DNA of 64,000 bases from an uncultured Oscillibacter sp. (GCA_910589315.1 CAJUTB010000012.1:960-64959); one strand, 5' to 3'. Shown: positions 9,815 to 20,805, counted from the stretch's first letter. Notes: generated from the sequence alone by a model not told the origin. Numbers and translations: made by a program.

Positions 9815-12151
9815 TCAGTTCATTTTCACAAGATTCAGCCCGTCCTCCAGGCAGACCTTTCCATTTTCCGCCGTGGCCCGGATTGTGGTCACAGGGTCCT
9901 CATAGCTGTTGATGATTTTCGTCGCCATGGGGTCTTCCAGTTCCTTCTGGATGGTCCGCCGCAGGTTTCTGGCCCCGTAAGTCCGGGAGTAGGATTTTTC
10001 CGTGAGGAAATCCACCAGCGTATTGTCATAGGTAAACGTAATTCCCTTTTCCCGCAGAGAGTCCGTCAGCTCGCCCAGCATAATCCGGGCGATGGCCTGG
10101 AAGTTCTCCTCGCTCAAACGGTTGAAGGTGATCACAGCGTCCACGCGGTTGATGAACTCCGGACGCAGGAACTGCTGTAAGGCTTTCATGGCCTTTTCGC
10201 TGTCCTGCTGGCTCAGGGACCGGTCAAAGCCCACCGTTCCCTCCTTTGTCGCGCTGCCCGCGTTGGAGGTCATGACGATGATCGTATTCTCAAAGTTCAC
10301 CTTCCGGCCATGGGCGTCGGTAATCTCGCCGTCGTCCAGGATTTGCAGCAGCACATTCAGCACGTCGGGATGGGCCTTTTCGATCTCGTCAAACAACACC
10401 ACGGCATAAGGCTTCCGGCGGATTTTTTCGGTCAGCTGTCCCGCCTCGTCGTAGCCCACGTAGCCCGGCGGGGAACCCACAATCCGGGAAACGGAGTGCT
10501 TCTCCATGAATTCGGACATATCCAGCCGGATCAGCGCGTCCGGCGTATTAAAGAGGTCGCAGGCAAGCTGCTTCACCAGTTCGGTTTTGCCCACGCCGGT
10601 GGAACCGACAAAAATGAAGCTCACCGGCTTATGCTTTGGAGAAATGCCCACCCGGTTCCGCCGCACCGCGGCAGACACCGACGTAATTGCCTCGTCCTGG
10701 CCGATAATGTGTTCCTTCAGCCGCGTTTCCAGCTGCGAAAGCCGCTGGAACTCCTGCTCCCGAATACGGGACGCCGGAATTTTCGTCCAAAGCTCAATGA
10801 CATGCGCCAAATTTTCCATCGTCAGCTGGGGCGCGCCTTTTTCTTCCAGCGTTTTCAGCTCTGTTTGGAGCTGGAGGTCCCGGCTTTTCAGCTCCGCCAT
10901 CCGGGCATAATCCTCCTCGGATTTCTCCTCCTTCTCCTCCAGCATGGACCGTTCCTTGGCATAGTCGTCCAGCTCCCGCTGAATTTTCATCCGCCGGGAG
11001 ATATCCGGGTCTTTCAGGTTCAGGTCCGAGCACGCCTCGTCGATCAGGTCAATCGCCTTGTCGGGAAGAAAACGGTCGGTGATATACCGTTCGCTCAGCA
11101 GCACCGCCTGACGCAGAATTCCATCGGAGAGCCGGACGCCGTGGTAGCTCTCATAGTTCGGCGCGAGGCCCTTCAAAATCTTGATGGAATCTTCAATGGA
11201 CGGCTCGTTGATCGTAACCGGCTGGAAACGGCGTTCCAGCGCGCTGTCCTTCTCAATGGATTTGCGGTATTCGTTAAAGGTAGTCGCGCCGATGACCTGG
11301 ATTTCCCCCCGGGACAGAGCGGGCTTGAGAATATTGGCGGCGTTCATGCTGCCCTCGGCGTCTCCAGCCCCGGCGATGTTGTGCACCTCGTCGATCATCA
11401 GAATGATATTGCCCAGACGCTTCACCTCGTCGATCAGGCCCTTCATACGGCTCTCGAACTGGCCCCGGAACTGGGTGCCCGCCACTAGGGCGGTCAAGTC
11501 CAGCAGGTAGACTTCCTTTTCCAGCAGCTTGAAGGGGACATCCCCGTCAGCAATCCTTTGGGCCAGGCCCTCGGCAATGGCGGTTTTGCCCACGCCGGGT
11601 TCTCCGATCAGGCAGGGGTTGTTTTTCTGCCGCCGGTTCAGAATCTGCACCACCCGCTCGATCTCCTGGGTCCGGCCAATCACCGGGTCCAGCTTGCCGT
11701 CCTTGGCCTTCTGGCTCAGGGACAGGCAGTAGTTCTCCAGATACTTCCGCTTGCCGTTTTTCGGTTCCTTGCGCTCCTTCTCCCGGCGTTCCCGGCTCTC
11801 GCCCTCGCCCTTGGAGGACGAAGAACCGTCGCCGCTGGAAAACAGGCGGTTCAGGAAGGGGAACGTAGCGGTTTTGCCCTCCTCCTCCGGCTCGCCGTCG
11901 TCCTCGTCGCCGCCGGGCAGGTCCTCGATGTTTTCCACACCGTTCATGGCCTGCATCATCTCGCTGTTGAGTGTTTCCAGATCTTCGTCCGAAATACCCA
12001 TCCGCTTCATCATATCATCCACCTGGGGCAGTCCAAGTTCCTTGGCGCACTTGAGGCACAGGCCCTCGTTGATGGTTTTCTCGCCGTCCATCTTGGAAAT
12101 AAAGACCACGGCGACGTTTTTCTTACATTTTGAACAAAGTGTCGGCTGCAT
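9815..12151 (-). CDS. ATP-dependent Clp protease ATP-binding subunit (ClpE/ClpC-like)
   Basis: N-terminal CxxC...CxxC, two AAA modules ([16 protein letters not shown]), [29 protein letters not shown] at 12151 with GGAGG RBS. Confidence 0.95.
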   Translation of the reverse strand: MQPTLCSKCKKNVAVVFISKMDGEKTINEGLCLKCAKELGLPQVDDMMKRMGISDEDLETLNSEMMQAMNGVENIEDLPGGDEDDGEPEEEGKTATFPFLNRLFSSGDGSSSSKGEGESRERREKERKEPKNGKRKYLENYCLSLSQKAKDGKLDPVIGRTQEIERVVQILNRRQKNNPCLIGEPGVGKTAIAEGLAQRIADGDVPFKLLEKEVYLLDLTALVAGTQFRGQFESRMKGLIDEVKRLGNIILMIDEVHNIAGAGDAEGSMNAANILKPALSRGEIQVIGATTFNEYRKSIEKDSALERRFQPVTINEPSIEDSIKILKGLAPNYESYHGVRLSDGILRQAVLLSERYITDRFLPDKAIDLIDEACSDLNLKDPDISRRMKIQRELDDYAKERSMLEEKEEKSEEDYARMAELKSRDLQLQTELKTLEEKGAPQLTMENLAHVIELWTKIPASRIREQEFQRLSQLETRLKEHIIGQDEAITSVSAAVRRNRVGISPKHKPVSFIFVGSTGVGKTELVKQLACDLFNTPDALIRLDMSEFMEKHSVSRIVGSPPGYVGYDEAGQLTEKIRRKPYAVVLFDEIEKAHPDVLNVLLQILDDGEITDAHGRKVNFENTIIVMTSNAGSATKEGTVGFDRSLSQQDSEKAMKALQQFLRPEFINRVDAVITFNRLSEENFQAIARIMLGELTDSLREKGITFTYDNTLVDFLTEKSYSRTYGARNLRRTIQKELEDPMATKIINSYEDPVTTIRATAENGKVCLEDGLNLVKMN

Positions 12152-12256
12152 AGTTGTGACCTCCACGCGCCCTCAGGCGCTCTTATAGAAATATGCCTTC
12201 CATTTCAGAAGACTCCTCCGCAAAGCGGAGAATGCAAGCTCCGGCCGGAACGCTGC

Positions 12257-12976
12257 TCACGGCTTTTTGAGCGGAAGAAAACGGATGAACTCCGAAAAGG
12301 CGCGCAAGGGCGAATTGGCCGCAAAAAAGGCCAGTATCCGTCCGTGCTCCCCCGCAGTCAGGGATATGCCCATCTGCTGCATGACCCATGCCGCCGCAAA
12401 CAGCAGCAGCGCGCCTTCCGCCATTCCCAGCAGGCCGCCGCCCCAGGCGTTCAGGCCGTGCAGGCCCGGCAGCTTGGTCAGCAGCTTCAAGGCCCGGATC
12501 AAGAACTGGAATCCGACCCGCAGGGCCAGGAACGACAGGAAATACAAAATGCCGTGCAAAACGGAATACGCCAGACTCTCCACCACGGCGGAAGCGGCGG
12601 ACACGCCCGCATCCCGCACGGTGTCCATCGCCCGTCCGGTCAGAGAATCCCGGACCTGCGCATCCAGCCCCAGGAGATCCAGCAATTCCTCAACCGGCAG
12701 GTCCAGCTCATCCAGCGGATTTCCCGGCATCCGTCCGGGAAACGCATCGTGAATCGCCTCGTCCAAACGCATTTCAATCTGCTGCTCAATGACCGGCGCG
12801 GCCAGTTTCATCGCCTGGCCGGTGAGGGCGGTTGCAATCAGGTTCGCCCCCGCAAGAGAAACTACCGCGGCGGCCAGTCCGGCCAAGGCCCGCACAAGGC
12901 CCTTTGCCGCGCCGAAGTATGTAAAGCCAATCAGCACGGCCGCCGCAATCAGGTCTATTATAACAGGTGTCTGCAA
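12257..12976 (-). CDS. CvpA (colicin V production) family membrane protein
   Basis: IDLI...GAAKGLVRAL at the N-terminus and LNAWGGGLLGMAEGAL at the C-terminus. Confidence 0.75.
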   Translation of the reverse strand: MQTPVIIDLIAAAVLIGFTYFGAAKGLVRALAGLAAAVVSLAGANLIATALTGQAMKLAAPVIEQQIEMRLDEAIHDAFPGRMPGNPLDELDLPVEELLDLLGLDAQVRDSLTGRAMDTVRDAGVSAASAVVESLAYSVLHGILYFLSFLALRVGFQFLIRALKLLTKLPGLHGLNAWGGGLLGMAEGALLLFAAAWVMQQMGISLTAGEHGRILAFFAANSPLRAFSEFIRFLPLKKP

Positions 12977-13033
12977 ACTTTCCTACCTCCCTGTGTGTAA
13001 ACGTTTTGTGAACATGGCCTAAATTTTTCACAT

Positions 13034-14212
13034 TTACGGCAAAAACAGGCTTGCGGAATCCCCCGACAACACCAACGCCGATCCATCCGGACGCATCAGG
13101 ACGCCTTTGGCATAGTCCGTCCCCTGAAGCGAGGCATAGGGCTGCAAGTCGTCATTATAAATCACCAGACGGTCACTGTAAAGCGCCGCCAGATACCGGC
13201 CGGAAGCGGACAGGTCCAAAACCTCCTCCCGGATTTCCAGCGACCCGCGTTCTTCGCCGTTTTCATCCACCGTCACCAGCCGCCCAACGCTGCCGGAACG
13301 GTAGCGGTTCAGCAGCAGCGCGGAAAAGCCGTCGCCTTCCAGGGCATACTCCCGGAGAAACGCCCCTTTGTATGTATACGACGACAAAACCTCTCCCTCC
13401 GTACTGGCGCAGGTCAGGCAGGTGTCGGAAATCGTAATGATTTTCCGCTCCTGCGCCGTCACCGCCGCGGTCAGGCCGCCGGTAATGTTGTAACTGGCGG
13501 TAGGCCCGCCCTGGGGTTCGTCGTACTCCGGCATATCGTAAAGAACCACGTTGCTTACAAACACGCCGTTTTCCTGTCCCAGCGCCACCGCCGCCAGCGT
13601 CTGCCCGGCCACGCAGGCATCCAGCACAAAACGCTGGGAGGAATCGAAAACAAACACCTGCACCTGATTGCGGTCATAAACGCTGACGCTGCCCTTGAAC
13701 CCCTTTTTCCCGGACGTGACGGCCAGATAGCCGTCCTCGTTCAAGGACGCGGCTATAAACGGTTCCTCCTCGGTGGCGGACAGCTCGAAAATCACGCCGC
13801 TTGCATCCGCAAGATACAGCTCCGTACCGCCTATGTCGTAAGCAACCGCCCGTCCGCCGCCGCAGGAAAGCGCAGGAGACGGCAAATTGACCGGCTGGGA
13901 CCAGACCGTCCCGCCGTGCTTGTCCAGAAGGCTGAAGGAGGTGTCCGACAGCACCAGCAGCTCCTCTCCCAACGCCGCAAAACGGTTTTTGGCGGAGGCG
14001 TCGTAATTGTATGAGATCGCGCTGCCGGTTTTTTCCGCCGCGCCGTAGTTCAGATAGCGGCGCAGAACGTCGAAGCCGGTGCCGTCCCGGTACGCCGCCA
14101 GAAGCACCACCAGCAGCACCGCCGCCAGCGTCAGGAAAAAGGTCAGAAAGCCGCTGTGATAGCTCTCCGCCTCCTCCTCATGTTTCGTTTTTTCCTTGCG
14201 CTCGTTACTCAT
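13034..14212 (-). CDS. Membrane-anchored beta-propeller-like protein (DUF5711-like)
   Basis: Single N-terminal TM helix, then repeated beta-strand units (AVAYDIGG, LNEDGYLAV). Confidence 0.65.
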   Translation of the reverse strand: MSNERKEKTKHEEEAESYHSGFLTFFLTLAAVLLVVLLAAYRDGTGFDVLRRYLNYGAAEKTGSAISYNYDASAKNRFAALGEELLVLSDTSFSLLDKHGGTVWSQPVNLPSPALSCGGGRAVAYDIGGTELYLADASGVIFELSATEEEPFIAASLNEDGYLAVTSGKKGFKGSVSVYDRNQVQVFVFDSSQRFVLDACVAGQTLAAVALGQENGVFVSNVVLYDMPEYDEPQGGPTASYNITGGLTAAVTAQERKIITISDTCLTCASTEGEVLSSYTYKGAFLREYALEGDGFSALLLNRYRSGSVGRLVTVDENGEERGSLEIREEVLDLSASGRYLAALYSDRLVIYNDDLQPYASLQGTDYAKGVLMRPDGSALVLSGDSASLFLP

Positions 14213-14960
14213 TCAGCCGTCCATCCTCATACCAAAGTCTTGTCAGGTACAGCCCGCCGGGGGGCACTGTGGGACCGGCGGCGGTCCGGTCGCCCCGCTC
14301 CAAAATACCGGGAATGTCCGCCGGAAGCAGTTTTCCTTCCGCCGCATACAGCACCGTGCCCGTTATTGCACGAACCATATTATATAAAAACCCGTTTGCA
14401 CAGACCTTCAATTCCAGCAAATCCCCGTTCCGCGTCACGTCGCACCAGTAAACGGTACGGACCGTGCTTTTCGTCTCCGTGCCCACGGAACGCACGGCCC
14501 GGAAATCGTGGGTTCCTACAAACATATGGGCCGCCTCGTTCAAAAACGCTTCGTCCAGACGCTTGGGGTAGAAATAGACGCGGTTGACGTAGAAAGGGTT
14601 TTTGAAACGGGAATTGTAAATCCGGTAGGTGTATTCTTTTTTCACACAGGACCCAATGGCGTTAAACGCCGGGTCCACCTCCACCGCCTCCCGGACGGCG
14701 ATGTCCTCCGGGGTGTGGGTGTTGATGGCAAAGGGCAGGCGGTCCAGGGGAATCCGGGAATCCGTGCGGAAGTTGGCCACGTAGCGTTCCGCGTGGACAC
14801 CCGCATCCGTCCGGCCGCAGCCGGTGAGGCGGACCGGACCGCCGCAGACCTTGCCGATGGCCTTTTGCAGCGTCTCGCAGACCGAGGACGCGTTTTTCTG
14901 CACCTGCCAGCCGTGATAGGCTGTGCCGTTATAGGTCAGTTTCAAGGCGATATTGCGCAT
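14205..14960 (-). CDS. truA: tRNA pseudouridine(38-40) synthase
   Basis: MRNIALKLTYNGTAYHGWQVQ, GCGRTDAGVHA, NGFLYNMVR; ATG 14960 with AAGGAG RBS. Confidence 0.95.
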   Translation of the reverse strand: MRNIALKLTYNGTAYHGWQVQKNASSVCETLQKAIGKVCGGPVRLTGCGRTDAGVHAERYVANFRTDSRIPLDRLPFAINTHTPEDIAVREAVEVDPAFNAIGSCVKKEYTYRIYNSRFKNPFYVNRVYFYPKRLDEAFLNEAAHMFVGTHDFRAVRSVGTETKSTVRTVYWCDVTRNGDLLELKVCANGFLYNMVRAITGTVLYAAEGKLLPADIPGILERGDRTAAGPTVPPGGLYLTRLWYEDGRLNE

Positions 14961-15173
14961 GGTCTCTCCTTCAATCAAGGCCAGGTGATTTCCGGCCAGA
15001 GCGAATCCGGACAACGCCGGAGGTACTTGTCCTGCTGAATCTGCCAGCCTTCCATCTGCTTTCCGCCGTCCAGGGAATAGCGGGGCCTTCATATGCCAGC
15101 GCGCCGGTTTGATACCGGCAGAAGGGCCGCCAGATCCCCGCAAAAGGCCGCAGCCGGAACCCATTCTTTTTCG

Positions 15174-15794
15174 TCATAGCTCCTGCAACGCCTCCCAGTC
15201 GATTTTCCGGCCGCGGTGGTAATAAATCCGGTCCCGCTCGTCCAGCTCCCGCAGCGCCCGGCAGGGCACGCCCGCCGCCAGCACGCCCGGCGGAATGTCC
15301 CGCGTTACCACGCTGCCCGCGCCGATTACGGCGTAATCACCGATGGTCACGCCTGGAACCACCACAACGCCCGCCCCCAGCCAGCAGCCCTTTCCAATGG
15401 AAACCGGCAGGTTATACTGATAGCCCTTGTTCCGCAGTTCTGGCAGAAAGGGGTGGTTCGCTGCCGCCAGCACCACATTCGGTCCGAACAGGGTGTAATC
15501 TCCTACATAAATGTGGGTGTCATCCACACAGGTAAGGCCGAAATTCGCGTAGACCTGTTTCCCGAGATGCACGTGATGTCCACCCCAGTTGGCGTGGAAG
15601 GGCGGCTCAATGTAACAGTTTTCCCCTACCTCGGCCAGCATCTCCCGCAAAAGGCAGGCGCGGCGATCCAGTTCACTGGGACGGGTCTGGTTGTAATCAT
15701 AGAGCAATTCCAAATACCGAAGCTGTTCTTCAAAAATCTCGTTGTCCATCGGGTCGTAGATTTCTCCGCTGTGCAGACGGTCGTAAGCCTTCAT
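15174..15794 (-). CDS. Sugar O-acetyltransferase (maltose/galactoside family)
   Basis: IEPPFHANWG, hexapeptide repeats, GAGSVVTRDIPPGVLAAGVPCR. Confidence 0.9.
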   Translation of the reverse strand: MKAYDRLHSGEIYDPMDNEIFEEQLRYLELLYDYNQTRPSELDRRACLLREMLAEVGENCYIEPPFHANWGGHHVHLGKQVYANFGLTCVDDTHIYVGDYTLFGPNVVLAAANHPFLPELRNKGYQYNLPVSIGKGCWLGAGVVVVPGVTIGDYAVIGAGSVVTRDIPPGVLAAGVPCRALRELDERDRIYYHRGRKIDWEALQEL

Positions 15795-15810
15795 GATATC
15801 GTCCTCTCCC

Positions 15811-16623
15811 TTATGCTTCCGGTATGATGTCCGCTACGACCAGCTCCGGCCGGTTGAAAATCCGGGGAACGCGGGTGCTTTCCCGGGCCAGGCCCCGGCT
15901 GACCAGCAGCGTCCCGCCGTCGAAGTCGTAACGGCCTCCGGCATGGGATGGAAACAGCCCCTGTCCCGGCGCATACAGCCCGTTCAAAAGGCCCGGTATC
16001 CGCCACTGTCCGCCGTGGGCGTGGCCGCAGACAATCAGATCAAAGGGATACCGCTGGTAAAATGCAAACCGCTCCGGGCGGTGGGCGATTAAAACGGTAT
16101 ACGCGCTGCCATCCACCGCCCCGCCAACTGTCTCCAGCTGCTTGACGCTTTGCCCGGAATCCGGGTCGTCGACGCCGCAGATTGTAACTGTCTGGTTGTT
16201 CAAAGCCAGCGAGACGCTTTCGCCTTGGAGAACGGTCACGCCGTACGCCTCCATTTGACGGCAGATTCGCTCCGCCCCGCCGGACCACCACTCATGGTTT
16301 CCAGTGACATAAAAGCACGGATACGCCGCCGTCAGGGCCTTGATCACCGTCCAGGCGTTTTCCTCCGGGAAATCGTCGTCCACGATGTCGCCCGCCAGTA
16401 AAACGGCGTCCGGCGACTGCGCCGAAACGGCCTCCAGGAGCGTTTTCTGGTTTTCCCCGTAGGCACAGCTGTGCAGGTCCGACAGTACCGCCAAACGCAC
16501 CGGGGACGTCAGCTTTGCGGACGCTATAACATAGGTCACAACCTTCAGGCGCACATCCAGCGCCGCCGCCAGCAGTCCGGCGCAGAGCGCGAGTCCCGCC
16601 GCCTTTCGGATTTTGTGTTTCAT
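15811..16623 (-). CDS. Metallophosphoesterase (YkuE-like)
   Basis: SDLH, GDIVD, GNHE, AHRP, GHAHGGQ, SRGL motifs. Confidence 0.9.
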   Translation of the reverse strand: MKHKIRKAAGLALCAGLLAAALDVRLKVVTYVIASAKLTSPVRLAVLSDLHSCAYGENQKTLLEAVSAQSPDAVLLAGDIVDDDFPEENAWTVIKALTAAYPCFYVTGNHEWWSGGAERICRQMEAYGVTVLQGESVSLALNNQTVTICGVDDPDSGQSVKQLETVGGAVDGSAYTVLIAHRPERFAFYQRYPFDLIVCGHAHGGQWRIPGLLNGLYAPGQGLFPSHAGGRYDFDGGTLLVSRGLARESTRVPRIFNRPELVVADIIPEA

Positions 16624-16641
16624 ACAATCTCCTTTTCCTTC

Positions 16642-17448
16642 TTAAAGCCCCACACAGCGCAGCGTGATCACGCCTGCTAAGATCAAACATCCCAAAAGCA
16701 AAGCCACATAGTCCCGTCCCGCGTAGCGCAGTACGTGGAGCTTTGTGCGGCCCTCGCCGCCGTGGTAGCAGCGGCACTCCATGGCCGTTGCCAGCTCGTC
16801 CGCCCGGCGAAACGCGCTGATGAACAGCGGCACCAGTATCGGGATCATGGCCTTTGCCCGCTGCATGATATTCCCGCTCTCGAAATCCGCGCCCCGCGCT
16901 TTCTGAGCCGACATGATTTTGTCCGTTTCTTCAATCAGCGTCGGAATGAAGCGCAGAGCAATCGACATGATCATTACCAACTCATGGACCGGCACCCGAA
17001 AACGCTTCAGCCAGTTCAGCAGGCGTTCCAGACCGTCGGTGAGGCTGATCGGGCTGGTGGTGTAGGTCATGAGAAAGGTGCCCATGATCAAAAGCATGAT
17101 ACGCAGGACCATAAAAACCGCATTCCGAAGGCCCGTTTCCGTCACGTGGAAAGGTCCCCACGCCCAGAGATCGGATTCACCCGGAGTAAAAAAGAGGTTC
17201 AGAATACCGGTAAAGACGATGATGAACAGCACCGGTTTCAATCCCCGTACCAGAGCCTTTAATCCAACCCGCGACACACGGACACAGGCCGCCAGCGTCA
17301 GAGCCAGAAGACCGTAAGCCAGTAAGCTCTTTGCGGTAAACAACGCCGCGATGTATAGAACCACCAGCAGAATTTTCGTCCGGGGGTCCAGCTTGTGAGC
17401 GGTCGTATTTCCCGGGAAATACTGTCCCAGAGTGATGTCCTTCAGCAT
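16642..17448 (-). CDS. ecfT: ECF transporter transmembrane component T
   Basis: ITLGQYFPG, LDPRTK, IALRFIPTL, AQKARG and AMECRCY motifs. Confidence 0.95.
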   Translation of the reverse strand: MLKDITLGQYFPGNTTAHKLDPRTKILLVVLYIAALFTAKSLLAYGLLALTLAACVRVSRVGLKALVRGLKPVLFIIVFTGILNLFFTPGESDLWAWGPFHVTETGLRNAVFMVLRIMLLIMGTFLMTYTTSPISLTDGLERLLNWLKRFRVPVHELVMIMSIALRFIPTLIEETDKIMSAQKARGADFESGNIMQRAKAMIPILVPLFISAFRRADELATAMECRCYHGGEGRTKLHVLRYAGRDYVALLLGCLILAGVITLRCVGL

Positions 17449-18311
17449 AACCGCCCCCCCTTCCGTAGCGCGAGGAGTTCCTTTTCCAACGCCTCCACCG
17501 TGTAAACGGCAGGGTTGACAGCGACGCCCCGCGCCCGCAGCGCAGCGGCAATCCGTGTCGCCTGGGGAACGTCCAGCCCCGCGCCCAGCAGTTCCTCCGC
17601 TCGGGCAAAAACCTCCGGCGGCGTGCCGTCCATCAGCACGTGTGCGGATTTCAGCACCAGAATCCGGTCCGCGTTCCGGGCGATTTCGTCCATGCTGTGG
17701 CTTACCAGCAAAATGGTTGTGCCTTTATTGCGGTGGTAATCCCGGATGTTGGCCATGAGGTTTTCCCGGCCCGCCGGGTCCAGGCCCGCCGTGGGCTCGT
17801 CCAAAATCAAAATCTGCGGCTCCATGGCCAGGACGCCCGCCAGAGCGGCCCGCCGCTTTTGCCCGCCGGACAGCTCAAAGGGGGATTTTTCCAGCTGGTC
17901 GTCCCGGATGCCCGCCAGACGCGCCGCCTCCCGGACGCAGCGGTCCAGTTCCTCGCCCGTTTTGCCCATGTTGGCGGGACCAAACGAGATGTCTTTGTAA
18001 ACTGTTTCCTCAAAAAGCTGGTATTCCGGGTATTGGAACACCAATCCAACCTGAAACCGTATCGTTCGGATTTTTTTCGGCTCTGCCCAGATGTCTTTTC
18101 CATTCAGCAGGATTTGTCCGCTTGTGGGTTTCAGCAGACCGTTTAAGTGCTGGATAAGCGTGGACTTTCCAGAGCCGGTGTGACCGATGATGCCTAAGAA
18201 TTCCCCTTTGTTTACGTCAAAGCTCACATCCTCGACCGCGCTGCGCTGGAAGGGCGTGCCTATGCCGTAAGTGTGGGTCAGGTTTTTTACTTGCAGAACC
18301 GGCACCGTCAT
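17442..18311 (-). CDS. ecfA2: ECF transporter ATPase A2
   Basis: GHTGSGKST, VFQYPEYQLFEETV, SPFELSGGQKRR. Confidence 0.95.
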   Translation of the reverse strand: MTVPVLQVKNLTHTYGIGTPFQRSAVEDVSFDVNKGEFLGIIGHTGSGKSTLIQHLNGLLKPTSGQILLNGKDIWAEPKKIRTIRFQVGLVFQYPEYQLFEETVYKDISFGPANMGKTGEELDRCVREAARLAGIRDDQLEKSPFELSGGQKRRAALAGVLAMEPQILILDEPTAGLDPAGRENLMANIRDYHRNKGTTILLVSHSMDEIARNADRILVLKSAHVLMDGTPPEVFARAEELLGAGLDVPQATRIAAALRARGVAVNPAVYTVEALEKELLALRKGGRLC

Positions 18312-19171
18312 CCCTCCCGTTCCGTTTCATTCAAAGCGTTTGCGATGGCCTCCGCGCAGGACTCGACGCTCAGGGCGTCCAGCGGAACGGAGAATCCGTC
18401 TTTTTGCAGACGGTCCAGGAGGTCTACGGTGTCCGGCGCCGTGAGGCCCATGGAGCGCAGCGCGCTGATTTGCGTGAATACCTCTTTCGGCGTGCCGTTC
18501 ATGGCGGGGCGGCCCTCTGACATGACGATTACCCGGTCCGCATCCTCCGCCTCATTCATATGGTGCGTAATCAGGATGACCGTGACGCCTTTCTCCCGGT
18601 TCAGGCGGCGGACGGTGGCGAGAACTTCCCGGCGTCCGATTGGGTCCAGCATGGCCGTCGCTTCATCCAGGACGATGCACGCCGGTTCCATGGCTACGAC
18701 GCCCGCAATGGCAATGCGCTGTTTTTGCCCGCCGGAGAGCAGGTGCGGCGCGTGGGTAACGAATTCCTCCATCCCCACCGCTTTCAAAGCGGAATCCACC
18801 CGCCGGCGGATCTCCTCCGTGGGGACCCCCAGGTTTTCCGGCGCGAAGGCTACGTCCTCCTCCACTACATTGGCTACAATCTGGTTATCCGGGTTCTGGA
18901 ACACCATGCCCACCCGCTGGCGGACGGACAGCAGCTGGTTTTCGTCGCGGGTGTCCAAGCCCTCCACGTATACGGCTCCTTCGCTGGGAAGAAGCACGGC
19001 GTTAAAGGTCTTGGCGAGGGTGGACTTTCCAGAGCCGTTATGGCCCAGGATTACCACAAACGTCCCTTTTTCAATGGCAATGCCGACGCCTTGCAGGGCA
19101 TAGACCGGCTCTGCGCCCTCGTCTGCCGGATAGGCGAAGCGGAGGTTTTCGGTTTGAATCATATCAGGCAT
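18308..19171 (-). CDS. ecfA1: ECF transporter ATPase A1
   Basis: GHNGSGKST, VFQNPDNQIV, LSGGQKQRIAIAG; start trimmed to ATG 19171. Confidence 0.95.
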   Translation of the reverse strand: MPDMIQTENLRFAYPADEGAEPVYALQGVGIAIEKGTFVVILGHNGSGKSTLAKTFNAVLLPSEGAVYVEGLDTRDENQLLSVRQRVGMVFQNPDNQIVANVVEEDVAFAPENLGVPTEEIRRRVDSALKAVGMEEFVTHAPHLLSGGQKQRIAIAGVVAMEPACIVLDEATAMLDPIGRREVLATVRRLNREKGVTVILITHHMNEAEDADRVIVMSEGRPAMNGTPKEVFTQISALRSMGLTAPDTVDLLDRLQKDGFSVPLDALSVESCAEAIANALNETEREG

Positions 19172-19218
19172 TTGGATTCCCACTTTCGATGTAATGCAGT
19201 GCGGAAACGGATAGGCTT

Positions 19219-20082
19219 TTATTCTGCGAACCAGCGTCCGGTTGCTCCACAGGGTAAGGCGAGGCCGGTTTCCGTGACGGGAAGTCCCAGCTCGTCCCAG
19301 GTGCATTTTCCGCCGTATTTTTCCGCAACCAGCAGATTCAGGAGGTAGCCCAAGACGGAGGGGGCCAGGCCGGTTGTGTAGGAGTTGAGCAGCACAAACA
19401 GGGGCTTGTCCGAGAGCACGCCGGCGCAGAGCTTGACGAATGGGTAGAGGTTTTCTTCCAGTTTCCAGACCTCGCCGCCGGGTCCCCGGCCATAGCTGGG
19501 CGGGTCCATGACGATTGCGTCATAGGTTTTGCCGCGGCGAATTTCGCGTTCCACAAATTTGGCGCAGTCGTCGACGATCCAGCGGATGGGCGCGTTTTCG
19601 AGGCCGGAGAGTTTTGCGTTTTCCTTTGCCCAGGCAACCATGCCTTTTGCGGCGTCAACGTGGCAGACGGAAGCTCCGGCTTTTGCACAGGCAACGGTTG
19701 CGCCGCCGGTGTAGGCAAAAAGGTTCAGGACGCGGATAGGGCGTCCGGCCTGACGGATTTTGCCGGACATGAAATCCCAGTTGACGGCTTGTTCAGGGAA
19801 CAGGCCGGTATGCTTGAAGTTCATGGGTTTGACCTGGAAGGTCAGGTTTTCATAGGTGATTTTCCAGCTTTGGGGGAGGGTGTTTTTTTCCCAGTGGCCG
19901 CCGCCGCTGTGGGAACGGAGGTAACGGGCATCCGCACGTTTCCAGGCGGGGTTTTTACGCGGCGTTTCCCAGATTGCCTGGGGGTCGGGGCGGACTAAGT
20001 ATTGCTTTTCCCAGCGTTCCAGGCGTTCGCCGCGGCCGCAGTCAAGCAGTTCGTAGTCCCGCCATTGATCAGCAATCCACAT
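19219..20082 (-). CDS. Class I SAM-dependent methyltransferase (RlmI/RlmK C-terminal-like)
   Basis: KHTGLFPEQ, VLNLFAYTGGAT, IVMDPPSYG; ATG 20082 with GGAGG RBS. Confidence 0.9.
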   Translation of the reverse strand: MWIADQWRDYELLDCGRGERLERWEKQYLVRPDPQAIWETPRKNPAWKRADARYLRSHSGGGHWEKNTLPQSWKITYENLTFQVKPMNFKHTGLFPEQAVNWDFMSGKIRQAGRPIRVLNLFAYTGGATVACAKAGASVCHVDAAKGMVAWAKENAKLSGLENAPIRWIVDDCAKFVEREIRRGKTYDAIVMDPPSYGRGPGGEVWKLEENLYPFVKLCAGVLSDKPLFVLLNSYTTGLAPSVLGYLLNLLVAEKYGGKCTWDELGLPVTETGLALPCGATGRWFAE

Positions 20083-20233
20083 TTTTGCTCCTCCATTTTC
20101 CATCAATTACACCAAATTAGATTATTATAGCGCGAAGCATTCCTTTCGTCAACCTTAGCAGGTGCCTTTTGCCTTTTTCTTTGAAAATCTTTCCTCTTTT
20201 GACTGGTTTCACCAGGAGGATGGGAGGTCGCGC

Positions 20234-20805
20234 CTTGCGGCGCGGGCGTAAGTCAGCCATTTGCAATGGCTGGTCCAAATTTGAACCCCCCATTTTCTTT
20301 TCTCTGGCGAGAGAAAAGAAAACGGGCCGTTCACGGTCCAAAAGAAAAGAGCGTTTTGTGAGCTTGGTGGAAAACTTTGGCTTGGTGGAACCTTAACGAG
20401 AAGTCCAACTCGATTTGCCTCTGCTCCTAACCCCGCTGCCGCTGCTGCGGTGCTTGTGGGGGGTGGGTCTCTACACCTAATTCCGTTGCATGGGTGCTTG
20501 TAGGGACGGGTCTCTGTGTCCGCTCATTTCATTCAACCGCCTTGCTTACCAAAAACGCAGAAATGAACCATTCCATTTCAACCGCCAGCAGCAGCGGCAG
20601 CGGAAATAGAAGCAGATCAAGTCAGTGATGGACTTCCCGTAAAAGAAGTGGAGTCCGGCAGTTTTCCGCCAGACTCCACAACGTCTTTTTCTCTTTTGGA
20701 CCGTCCACGGCCCGTTTTCTCTTTTTCTTCGCCAAGAAAAAGAGAAAATGGGGGGTGGAATTGCCCAGCCGCCGATGAGCGGTAAGCCACCGCCCACGGC
20801 GCAAG
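20234..20805. repeat. Two diverged ~220-bp copies of a structured repeat in inverted orientation (MITE/dispersed-repeat-like)
   Basis: Arm 1 (20234-~20452) aligns with the reverse complement of arm 2 (~20580-20805); shared blocks CCCCCCATTTTCT, GAAAACGGGCCG-t..a-CGGTCCAAAAGA, GAAGTCCA and CCGCTGCCGCTGCTGC. Confidence 0.8.

Noticed and set aside
9815..12151. Clp ATPase as ClpV for the injection system
   Set aside because: It has a ClpE/C-type Zn-finger N-terminus and sits in a housekeeping operon ~9 kb from the locus.
14961..15164. N-terminal extension of TruA in the ORF track
   Set aside because: Homology and an RBS place the start at 14960; the intervening sequence shows no recognisable element.
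20117..20804. Short ORFs (20117-20341, 20169-20396, 20546-20797, 20622-20804)
   Set aside because: They are translations of the inverted repeat arms (low-complexity FFS/RKRK), not credible genes.
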